Of a DNA stretch of 64,000 bases, positions 48,336-60,400 are shown piece by piece; positions within the stretch are counted from its first letter, which is position 1; every line of letters begins with the position of its first letter. A program made the translations under genes and the position numbers. The DNA is taken from the NCBI RefSeq assembly GCF_041146345.1, contig NW_027191406.1, positions 558,001 through 622,000 on the forward strand, written 5' to 3'. Below the pieces are notes generated by a model. It was not told the origin of the DNA, ran no database searches, and saw only the letters and a list, made by a program, of their open reading frames with translations. Source of the DNA: Neodothiora populina (taxonomy: Eukaryota).

Positions 48336-50815
48336 CAGGACAATGTGTTATGTTATTTCTTGACTTGACAGTTGCTTCGAGACCGTCATCTCCAAAGTCG
48401 CCATGGAGAATTGGACCCCGCGTGGCCGATGCACTTCATACAAAACAGTGCGTATTGCTGGAAGCTCCACCATACCTTCATTATCGATAAGACTACTTTT
48501 TACCTCACCTGCACACAACACCTGCCTTATACTTGTACCTGTTTGCTAACGGCGTCTTACGTGTCTGCCCGAGTTTGCTTGGTACAGCGCACCTCGGACA
48601 TGCTCGCTGCTACTACTCCTCCACCACGCTCTGTCTCAAAAAGGATACCTGCGCCACAAACACCGCTTGACTGTTGGTATTGAAAGCCTATGGTCCTAGT
48701 AGTGACTGATGTGCAAACCACGGATATGTACATCCAAGCGACTTGCTATACTTGGTAGCCTCGATTGTAAATTCAGGGCTTCTTGTCTCGCACTAAACGG
48801 TCATACATAAAGTATCTCGGTCGACTGTGCTGCTCAGCTCTTCTCATGCAAATTAATGGGGTCTCCGAGAAGGCTAAGCTGAAGAGTAGCAAACATTCTC
48901 GATGGAGTATTGAGTACCGTCTCGAGACGTTCAGTAATTAAGTCACTAAGTCATGTTCGCCCCGCCGGCCTCGCCGTATATCCACAGGGTGCATTGCACG
49001 ATACACTACTACTAAGGTAAGTAACGAACAAACCGAACACCCTCGGGCGGATTACCATATCGGTATGAACCTGCGTACGGCACTTTGCTTCTTGGTCTCA
49101 CTTTACTCTAAATTTTTCCGAAAAGCAATGCAGTCATTTTCTATACACGTGCGCATACAGGATACAGCCGCTGCTGCTGGTGTATTGCATACTGCAAAGC
49201 ATGAATGTCACACCCTTGCAACAACAAGGGCAGTATCTCGAAAAAGAAAACAGCAGGGCTCGCGCACTACGTCTGCACCTGCAATAGTTTGCCTCCTCAT
49301 AAAACCTACTCCGGCTTGCCTGCCTGCCTCCTGCATTTGCATTTCCTTCTTTCTTGCCATACTATTGCCCTCTTGCCTTGCATGGCATTGCATCCGCAGC
49401 AACATCCTCACCCTTGTACACACCGCTTGTTATTTCTCCGTGCTGGAAACCAAGAAAGAATGGCACATGACCCTTAACCTACTTCCCTATCTCCCAGCAC
49501 CGCAGATATTGTATGCATACTGCAAAATGCAACATCTCAATCTGCCGTGACATTTCAGGCGAAGCCATTGCCGCACGTGGACGAAGAAGGAAGAAGTAGA
49601 AGCCCTGAAAAGATTCGCCGCGCTGCACTGCGCCTATGCTTCTGTTGGGATACTTTCCTTTCTCTACGAATGGAAATGGTACACACACACACACACGTCA
49701 AGCCCGTTATCTATCCACCTCGCTCATCCCAAACCCTTGTATCCCTGTCCTCGACCTAGTTTTGTTATCTGCCCTCCACCCAAGCCAGTGGTTCCCGGAC
49801 CAATGCAACCCACTAGCCTAACCAGACGCTCGAATCTCTGTGGTGCCAATCAAAGGGGCCAACTGAGGTAAACACACGCCGTTCTTCGGTAGTAGCACTC
49901 CTTACTGCCCCCCGTGTCGGTGTGATTTCAATCGTGCTTTGTACATTGGGTGCGCGGGGCTGGTCTGTCCGATCCTAAATGGGCTTGCGAGAGACGGATG
50001 TATCGCACTGCTGAATCGAGTGTGCGAGCTATAGGTGGCTGGCGCCTTGCTTGCTTGCTTCGAGGTGGACGGCTGCCTGAGGTAGATAGTCTCCTATACA
50101 CGTTTGTCTCGGCGGCTTTTGAGCATTGGGAAATCTCTACGATAGTGCGGTAGTGGAGGTTGGTATTTTTCTTGAATCATCATATGAGGTTGCACGTGGA
50201 GCGAAAGTGAAAAGTAAAGGAAGCCAGAAAGTCAATTGAATCTAAAGTATTATGTACTTAACAAAGCAATAAAGAAAAAGAAAAAATCCCCCAAAAGCGA
50301 GAGAATGTGGTGTCATCTCTCGAAACCACCAAGAAAGCGAAAGAGAACTCAAAAGTGTTTCTTTTCGGACCAGAAGGCCAGTTCAGTCATGAAAACAAAA
50401 AAACCAGCTAAATCGGAAAACTACCAAGACCTCATGAATCGAAACGGCGAATGGAAGAAGAAGAAAAGGGTCATAAAAGCATCTGTCCATTCCATTAAAA
50501 AAGTATCAATCTAAATTTCCAGTCCCCAGCGTGAGACGGGTAAGAAGCTTTGCGTAAGCGTGTGTATTTTTTCTGTTGGTTGGAGCGTAAGAACACGGCT
50601 CTGGCACGTTTCCTCAGCCCAAGGTTTCATGGTCGAGTCGTTATCCAAGCTCCAGTTGTAAGATAGTAATAGGTATCACCGTTAGGGAACAGACGTTGAG
50701 GCACCCATTCTTCAGCCCAAGGTCAGGGGCTTCAAGTATGTTCCACTCTCGGCAGAGAAGTCGGAGGGCAGATGTTGGAAAAGAAAAGGAAAGAGCATTA
50801 GAGTGTATAGACAAT

Positions 50816-53800
50816 TTAGAACTTCTTCAGGCCCTCAGAAATGAGACGACCAAGATCAGTTGCCTAGTGATGTGTTAGCTTCTATGTTGATCGAGTATGT
50901 CGATGTGAGAGATGAAACTTACGTGAGGGTCCTTCATCATGGAAAAGTGGTTTCCGCCCATGACACCGTACTTCATGTTCTCGACACCGCAGAGTTGACC
51001 CCAGCCGTTGTCGCCAAAGTCTGTGCGGTGGTTCAACAACCACTTCATGGGAGCGGGGTCCTCATCCTCAGCTGGAGGTGGGCGTGGGTCACCGGGGTTA
51101 CCGGCGACACCATCACGGCACCAGATGGCGTATGTCGATATAGGTGCAAGCGAAGGTTGCGGCTCGTAGTCGGATAGCGAACGGATTGCAGCTGTGAAGT
51201 GAGGTAGGAGCCACTTAGGAGTCTTGGTTGGGTCACCAGTGCCTAGAAGTCCAATCTCGTTGAAGAAGATGTGTAGACGAGCAGGGAGAGGGTCAAGCTT
51301 GACTGGGCAAGGAGAGTCAAGCAAAAGGAGCTTCTCGACCTTCTCGCCATTGGCAAGAAGGGCTTGCGACACAGCGTAAGCGATGACGCCTCCTGCTGAC
51401 CAACCACCGATGATGTACGGGCCTTGAGGCTGACGACGCTTGATCTCTGCAAGGTAGATGAGCGAGACGGTCTCAATGCCGCACTGCCAGTCATCTGGGT
51501 TCTTCATGAATGGACAGTTAAGTCCATAGGCCGCAACGTCAGATCCGATGTTGGGAATGCTCACGTATGATGTGGCAGAGCCTGATCCATCAGGAAGAAA
51601 GAATATCTTTCTCGTGGCTGTCTTGGCATTACCTTGAAGAAGTACAGATGTAGCTGGGGGATATTGAGAAAGATCGGTCAGCTTGGCATTGACCTTGTCC
51701 AGCTGAGGGGTCTTTTGCTTTCTCTCAGACTTGGGAGCAGAGGGAGCTGCAGCCTTGGGCTTTGGCTTGGGGCGCATACCCAAAGCATTCTCAATGTCCT
51801 CGATGCAACCGTTAGTAGAAAGGAAGGTGGATGGTAGATCGATGCCGGTCTTCTCGCGAAGCTCTCCCAGGATAGTCAAGCTCATCAAGGAATCCATGCC
51901 GAGTTCAGCCAAGTCCGCTTGGTCAGTGATTTCGGAAATGTCTACTCCCATTTCCTGTGCGATGATGTGGCGTGCTAGACTGACTTCGCCAACTTCCGAA
52001 TCAGGAATTTCGCGGACGGGTGAGTCAATATCGGGTTTGCCTGCGTCACTCGGTGCAGAGCTAGGGGCAGAGCTTGCAGGAGTGCTCACGTCATCTTCGT
52101 ATGGTGTAGCCAAATCGGTGGAAGGCTCAGAGTCGGATTCCGAGAAGTCCTCCTCATCGACTGGTCCGGCAGCACCATCGAATTGGGAGAAGTGCTTCTT
52201 CATCTCTCCAACGGTGGGGTAATCGGTGAACAGAGAAGAGCTGATTTCCATCTCGAGATCCTCTCGGAATTTGGCAGAGATGGTAAGCGACATGAGCGAG
52301 TCAACGCCCAGGTTTTCAAATGCTGCCTCTTCGACAAGTTCGGACTGGTCCACATCCGTCTCAGCTGCGATGATCTGCATCACACGCGAGCTGACTGTTG
52401 CTCCTTGGGACTTCTTAGCTGCGACCTTCTTGGGTGCTCTCTGAGCCTTGGACGCAGGCTTGGAAACCTGGGCCTTGGTCGTTACGGGTGCAGCTTTGGC
52501 TACAGCAGTCTTGGTGGCGATGGGCTTAGCGGCAGCGACTGCTTTGGCAGGAGCTGCGGCAAGTGGTGCCTTTGCTGCGGTACCAGACTTCTGTTGAGGA
52601 GGCAGGAAGGTGTTGAGAACGCGACGGGGGATTTGCTGAAACTTGAGGCCACCAACAACGGCGACAATCTCGTCGCCCTCCATCACATAGACATCGCCAA
52701 CGTAAATATTACCAGGCTTGGGTTGCATACGGACGTAAGAACGATATTTGACATCGGCAGACACCTTCTTCGAGATCCTGATGGACTCCCAGCCGTGCGA
52801 AATGCAGACGTTGGCGTCAGAGTCAACAAGGTCGGTAGCGTTGACAATGAAACCAGATATGTGAGCCATGCTGTCGATCCAGTAAGGAGCGCAGAAGAAA
52901 TCGCCGTCCTCAGGCTTGGTCTGGAATTGGACCGAGGCTGTGGCTTCTGTAGTGTCGTTGTTGAGGATAACTTCTTCCATACCACGGTATTTCTCGTCAT
53001 AGTCGACGAAGCACTTGAAGAGCTTATAAGCCATACCGCGCTGAATCACGTGAGCTTCTCTGCGCTTGCTCTTCTCCTTGAGAACATCAATTTGGGAGTT
53101 GACCATGAAGTTGATGCGATCCCAGCTCTCCTTCCACGATGATATGTCCTCGTACTTGACCAGGCAGTGGGCATGTTCCTGGATGAGCTTGCCCTCGGGA
53201 GTGACGCTGCGGTACTTGAGGTGAACAACTCCTTCGTCAAGATCTGCCTTAGCCTCAAGTTGGATGTGTTGTCCTTCAGCGGGCTGGTCAAACTTGGCAA
53301 TGAATGGCTTCGGTACTTCCATGCTTGCAACGTTCATTCCAATCTCTGGAGCATTAGGGCGAAGTTGCTTGTACATGTAGTCAGCAACAGTAAGAGCCAT
53401 GTCTCCATAAAGTGAAGATGGGCACAATGCAGTGCCGTTGACCTGGTGACCAATCACAGCAGCGAAGAGCTTAGGCTCTGCTACATTGGACTGCACAACT
53501 ACTGTGCCAGTGTTCTCATCGAATTCTTCGTGTACGACCTTCTGGCAAGATGTGGAGAGGCGTTTGACGGGCTTCTCAACAACTGGAACAGACTTTGGAG
53601 CCTCAACAGCCTGAGGTGCTGCTTGTGGAAGTTCACCCTTGGTCAACGTCCAGTTGTTCTGGTAGTCGAGCCAATATTTCTTGTCATCAAAGCTATAGGT
53701 GGGGAGGGTGAGCAGCTCTTGGGCGTCGTTGAACTCGCGATGATACTCATCAAAGTTGATAGCAACTCCAGCAAGACTCAGTGCGCAAAGGGTGGTGGCG

Positions 53801-56800
53801 ATAGTCTTCCAAGCATCCTCGCCACGACGAAGGGATGGGACGGTGACTGTTGCACCAACAGATGCCTTGACCATGCCTGAGCATACTGGGTGGGCGCCCA
53901 CTTCGAGCCAAGCAGTCTTCTCATCGAATACCTTGTCCTTCTGGCCACTGGTCAGGGCTGTCCAGAAGTTTACGGTCTCACGTGCATGGCTAGCGAGGTA
54001 CTCAGGGCCGACGATACCGGCATCGCGAATGACATCGCCCGACAAAGGCGAGAGGACTGGTACCACTGGCTTCTTGAATACTACAGAAGCAGCAATGCTC
54101 TTGAAAGACTCCAAGATGGGGTCGACCTGGGCAGAGTGGAAGGCGAAGGGAACATTGAGCTTGGTAGCCTTGAAGCCTCGTGCGCTGAGAGTGTCGTTCG
54201 CGGCGCCAACGACCTCTCCACTGCCGCAGAGGACAGTCTCTTCTGGACCATTGATGCAAGCGATCTCTGTCATCGAGGAACCGAGTGCACTACGTATGGC
54301 ATCAACACTGCCCTTGACGGCGAGCATACCATGCGTGTGAGGAGTGCAGTCTTGAACAAGAAGCTCGGCACGACGACCAACAAGCATGACCATATCGCTG
54401 GCGGAGATGACACCAGCAACATGGAGAGCAGCGTACTCGCCGAGACTGTGTCCAATCACAGCGGAGGGAGTGATTCCCCACGAAGCCCACATGCGAGCAA
54501 GCGCGACCTGGATGCAGGCCATACCGAGCTGGACCTTTACCGGAGAAAGAGTCTGAACTTCGGTGCCGTCCAGAAGCTCGAGGAACGATGGAAGACCTTG
54601 GGAAATCGCGATGTCGTTGAGGTAATCAATGTCATCGCGGAAAGATCTCAAGTCTTCGTAGAGCTTCTTGCCGAGACCAGTATATTGGGAACCCTGACCA
54701 GTAAAGCAGAATGCAGTCTTCGTGGGTACCATCGGTACAGGGCTGTACGATTCCTTCGTCTGAGCTTGTAGAGCATCGTTGACCTTGGCGACATCGGCGA
54801 TGGGGAAAGCCACGCGATAGTTGTGTTGGATGCGACGCGCCGTGGAAGTGTAGGACAGACTGGTCATGGTAGTCTCTGGGTTCTCAGATAGGTAGGACTG
54901 AAGTCGCTGGATGTTACGCTTCAAGGATGCGATGGAACGAGCGGTGACTGTGACGGGAAGAGTACCTCTGGGATCGGTGACCTTTGGCTTCTCGGCCACA
55001 GGTCCGTCCTCTAGGAGGATAGCCGTGTTACCACCAGCAGCAGAGAAATTGTTGAGGAAAATCTTGCGTTTGGATGCTCCGTTTCGAGGGAAAGCCACCT
55101 GAGTTTGAGAGATGTGAACGTTGCGCTCGCCAAGGTCCTTGGGGAAGGTCTTGTTCATCTCGCCCTTGATACCAACGTTGGCGGGGATCGCGTTCTTCTT
55201 CATCATCATCATGACCTTGATGAGAGAATTGATACCAGATGCTGCTTCACCGTGACCAATGTTCGCCTTGATAGCACCAAGATGAAGCGTTTGCTCGGGG
55301 TTACGGCGTCGGTGGCGAGGCGCGAATACATTGGTAACAGAGGTCATCTCGATACCGTCACCGGCCTGAGTACCGGTACCGTGCATCTCGACGTAGCTGA
55401 TCTCATGAGCGTCGACACCAGCATTTGCCAATACCTTCTTATACAGGAACTCCTGGGCACCCGCATGAGGATGAGTAATGGAGACCGCTTCAGCAGAGTG
55501 GTTGGTAGCAGCACCCAAAATGCAGCCAAGGATATTGTCCTTGTCTGCGATGGCGTCCTCATATCTCTTCAAGATAACAGTTCCACATCCATCGCCACGG
55601 CAGTACCCATCAGCAGCATTGTCGTATGTCTTGCATGAACCGGTCTTAGAGAGGAATTGACCCTTCGAAAGACCAGAGAAGATATCGGGGTTGGTAAGCA
55701 CGTTAAGACCACCGGCGCAAGCAGTATCGCAATCGCCAGCCCATAGTGAGGTACAGGCAAGCTGAATGGCAGCTAACGATGACGAGCATGCTGTGTCGAC
55801 CGAGTATGAGGGACCACTGAATTTGAAATAGTAGTTGATTCTACCAGGAGCGAAAGCTCGGACACCACCGGTGATAAAATAAGTATCGACATTTTGCGCA
55901 GCGTTGATCTCACGCCAATCATCGGAGGTCTGGCCGTAGAAAGTACCAATTCGGTGGAGTTTCGTTGAGGGGGTGCGATTTGGGACATAACCAGACATTT
56001 CCAAGGCCTCATAAGCGGTCACTAATGCCAAGCGACCCATCGGATCGGTTTGTGCGGCCTCGCGGGGCGACATGTTGAAGAACCGGGGGTCGAAGAGACC
56101 AGGCTCATCGATGAAACATCCGAACGGGGTGTGAGACTTATTCTTGCCCTTTCCGGACGGATCACAGTGAGCGTCGGCGTCGAAACGGTCCGATGGAACC
56201 TTACGGTGGACATCGAGTCCCTTCTCGAGTAACTCCCAAAGCGCCTCATGACTGGCAGCACTAGGGAAGCGGCCAGCCATGCCGACAATGGCAATTTTGT
56301 CGTTCTGGGTACGACCCTGAGTTGCTCGCTCGTCTGGAGCTGCCCAAGACGTGTAATCAACAGCGGTGACAGAAGACGCGCCACCAGCTTTGATAGCTGA
56401 GACAAGACTGTTGGCAACATTGCTGACGCCGATAGCAAATACTGTAGCTGGAGCGCTAGCATTGGCTGTGATCTGAGAGACACTCTCCTCAAGGAGGTAA
56501 TCCCAACGCACTGGAGCTTTGAGCATATCTACCAAAGACAGCTGAATTAGTTCCAAGGTGTTTTCAGCGACGTGGCATTTTCCACTCCAAGCCGAGTGAA
56601 CCAAGGAGTGCGGTTGGTAAGCCTTGAGGATTTCACGCGTCTCGTCACCAAGGATCTTCTGGAGTGAGATATCACTGTACAGATGATCCGCGTGATAAGG
56701 AGCATAGACAGGCAAGGACACCTTTTGGTACTGACGAAGAGCCTCACACTCCTCGAACAGTCGCTTTGTAGTCGCCGGGGGGCCGCTTATGGTGATTGCC

Positions 56801-57481
56801 ATAGTGCTGACAGCACTGATGTAAGCTTTGCTAGAGATAGATAGTTTCTTCTCTGCATGGTAAGCGTCAAGTGCCTTCTGAGCTGCTTCGTTGGTGACTC
56901 CGGCGACAATAGTCGACCAGCTTTCCTTCTTCTCATCGCCCTGGACGAGAGAGAGTTTGGCGTTGTTAACGCAGTTGCCGACGCGGAAAGCAACCCGGAC
57001 AGTCTCAACGGCCAAGGGAATGAGGTCAGAGGTTGTCTTTGCAGAGACGACGGCAGCAGCTGCAAGAGAGCCAGTGCAAAGTGCAAGCACACGGGTATTG
57101 GCCTTAGTGGGCAGATCGTCAGAGTTCTCGGAAAAGTAACTATGTACAATTAGTAGGGTGGCAAGATAAGCCTATTTGACTCGGTACTTACCCGATATAG
57201 TGTCCCAACTGTGCAATGGTGACTAGGGCGCTTTCCATTTGAGGCAGCTTGAAGCCAGTCAAGCCTTTCTCATAGTAGGCTTCGACGAGATTCGAAATGG
57301 TAAGGAAGTCGGGAATCGCATCACGTTGAGTACGAGGGAGGGCGTTGATCTCTTCACGAAGAACAACACTGGCCCTTTCAAGAAAGGTAGATACCAAAGG
57401 ATTTTGGTAGCGGAGGACCACTTTGCGCAGCAAAGGGTACTGCTCTGCAGTCTGATCTCCGAAGAGCAGGACGTTCGACAT
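50816..57481 (-). CDS. PKS1: Non-reducing iterative PKS, SAT-KS-AT-PT-ACP-ACP-TE; DHN-melanin (tetrahydroxynaphthalene) synthase type; exons 57481-57192, 57139-50923, 50863-50816
   Basis: N-terminal 'LLFGDQT', KS 'DTACSSS' / 'HGTGT' / 'NIGHGE', AT 'GHSLG' / 'FAFHS', PT 'GHQVNG', two ACPs (GVDSLMSL, GMDSLMSL) and TE 'GWSAGG'. Lies divergent from a Cmr1-type TF. Confidence 0.96.
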
Positions 57482-60400
57482 CTTGCTCAAAAAATAATTG
57501 AAGGGGCCAAAAGGGTTATGACTACTTAGTTGGATATGTCAAATGAAACAAGAAACCTAGACTCGGGATCTTGCTAGTGCGGTACGAAGGTGAGGCAGTT
57601 CAATGTGGAAGAAAGGACAATGAATGAAGTGTCAGTACATATGCTCTGGGCTGTGAGCTATGTCGAAATGGCTGAGAGATAAAAGGAAGGGTCGATCGAG
57701 ATGTGGGCTGGACGTCTCGAAGCAACGAAGGGTTGGGATGATCTCTGGAATGATAGCAGGAAAGAGGTGATGGTATATATTCGCATAGCTATTGAGAGGA
57801 GCATGTGCATTGGCAAGGCTAAGATAGCTTGAATCGAACCACATCCCTAGTGTAGAGCCTTGTTAGTGCCGACAGCGGATCTTCGCGAAGCATTGATACG
57901 ACGGGTCGACCATGACCTCCTTGAAGGCGCCGAAAGGGTAGCATGTCAGCTAGGATCCATGTTCCTGACGTTGAGAATAATCGAGTGGATGTGCAGCGGT
58001 AACCGTACGGCCCACTCCTGCGGTAAACTAACGTTAATGAGCAGCATGGCACAAGAGACGTAGGAATCTCCGACCATGCTATTGATAGCCAAGTCTAAAC
58101 TGAGCTAAGCGGCTGGGAATGTCCAAAACGAAACCAGATAGACAGAAACAAACCCATCGATGCTAGGGTGCATCGATCTTGACGGGTGGAGAGCCGCCGG
58201 ACAAAGTCCGTGTGCTTGCCTGCCTACCTGTCTGCCTGCTTGGGTTCATGCTCAAAGAGTAAGACAGGATCACCGGAAACAGAAGGCTGGCAGCAAGGTT
58301 ACGGACAGCATGTCGAAGTAATGATGCGATTGCCGAAGATCATCGAGTCCGAAGGGTCAAGTCCGTATCGAATATGCACGACAACATTCAGAGAAGATCG
58401 AGGTGCTATTTCCTTACAAAGCGCCCCATCATATGCTACAGTCTGGGGTTTGTCACGGCTTCTGTTACCTGAAGACTGATAAAGATATGGATGTGTTGGC
58501 TTGGGTGCGTTACAAATGTCGTTCCTTGGCCGTTAGAGTAACGAGGTTGGTCACGTAGGAGACTCTGACGCTAGTTTTCGAATGTCCGACGTGAGCGGGT
58601 ACCGTACCTGTATAGTAGTGTCAGAGATGCAGCTGAAAATAGACCAAGATAATCTTGGGTTTAAAATTGTTATGACAGATGCTGCGCGCTGCCCATTTGA
58701 GACCAGTGCGATATCTTACCCCGAACCTACGGTCTTCGAACACAGCTATTTCGAAGCGGACAAACGTGTTTGCGGTATGGCTGGATGCTCTCCGCAAGTG
58801 GAGAGGTCCAAAAATAAGGTCCTTGCCTTATCTACTGACTGACTTAAGGTACCGTAGCTTCCTTGCCTTACCTTACTTTACAGCAATGATCTAAGCACAG
58901 ACCCTACAGTGGGTTCACTTCCTAAGGTACGATCAAGATGCAGGACTGAGATGAATAATCAAAATCTATCTTCGGGAGCTGCTACTTCGAATATTATCAA
59001 TCTTATGCTGCTTTTGCGTCCTTCATTGCGAGACGATCTTGTTAGTCAGACTCGATGCATAGAAGATGTTCTCGGGTCTGCAAGTGCAGCTAAGCCTGGG
59101 ATTGTTTTTCTCCTGTGAACCAACACTTTCATCACGGTCCCCTGTAAATCCGTGTTTGAAACACAAGTTATTCTTATTGCAATTACATCTCGGTTTCTGT
59201 TAGGCATACTCTCCAGTGCAGCCTTGCACAAATTGAAGACGTATTGAGTTCTGGCCACTGAAATCATGTGAAGTTCTCGAATGACAGCTAGCTGATATTA
59301 CCATGCTTCATTTGTCATCTTTATGTGAAGCATATGGCGTGCCAATGCCATGTGAGCAAGTCAGCTCAACCGTGAGAACGCAAAAAATTCAGATCAAATA
59401 CGAATGCTGCGACGGAAGTACGTTTCATTGTACACACTTGCTGCCTAGAAGGAATGTTATCGTAATTGAATGATAACATTGTCCTTTGACCTTGTCCCAG
59501 TGTCTGTGGTGATAATAATGCCCATGTGAGATGCGTATGACTTGTGTGTGAATGCATCGGGGTGTCCTTATCAGCCGCTTCAGTCCGCATGACACTTTGT
59601 AAATCATCGGTGAAGCATCATCGTCCTGATCAATCCTGCACAAGAAAAGCAGCCAGTCAATTGCTTTACCATACATGGGTTCCTCCTGTTGGTGCAACAC
59701 GCCTTCCCTGCAGACCTGGCCCCGAGCCATGTGTGCTACCGTACGTATGGGCGTCATTGAGTCCCGTTTCACAACTTATGCAGGGCAACCCTCACAGCAC
59801 AGAGGGTGGCCAAAAGCTACACTGCACTCACCAGCTCACCGCACACTGAGGACGGCATCTTGATGTCGAGCGGCTTGATAAAAGTCTCAGAGGTTGCAGT
59901 GATACTGCGATTCGAGTGATGCTGGAATGCGAATATGCATATTCGTTGGCTAAATCTATGTGCGCAAGTTGGCTGAGGTGGGCTGAAAAGTTGGCGGCAC
60001 ACCCAGCTCCAGTCATTCGCCACTCTCATAGAAGTAGACGATAACGATGATCTTCGCCTGGTATATCTCGAGGTTGGGCACTTTAACATGACTATGTCAA
60101 TGATTGACTCGGTACCGCAGCTAGCCTCGTCATTGGAGATCGACGTGCCGAGAGTGTGTTGTATGCAGGGATAACCATTATTTGGACTGACACGCCGATA
60201 GGAGAATTATATGTTTTCCTTGTTGGAGGCTTTTGATGATGATCTGTGCGGTGATGTCTTCTGGTCACGAACGGCTGTAAGAAAGACTGTACTGTACTCA
60301 GCTTCACGATCAGTCTCCTCGTATTGTTCGTAGCAGTCCTTTGGGATGCAAATAGACTTAAGCTCATGCGGGAGGAAGTGGTATGTCATGACATGTAGCC

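Noticed and set aside
49065..49550. 161-aa + strand ORF
   Set aside because: Composition reflects low-complexity pyrimidine-rich DNA; no domain or coding-like codon bias.
49817..49823. CCTAACC as a telomerase RNA template
   Set aside because: Only 7 nt of telomeric permutation, too short for template plus realignment; no TAACCCTAA was seen in the window.
51731..55638. Several 150-320 aa + strand ORFs
   Set aside because: Antisense shadows of the PKS.
57825..57850. GGTTCGATTC (- strand) tRNA T-loop/B-box
   Set aside because: No T-stem pairing or cloverleaf around it.
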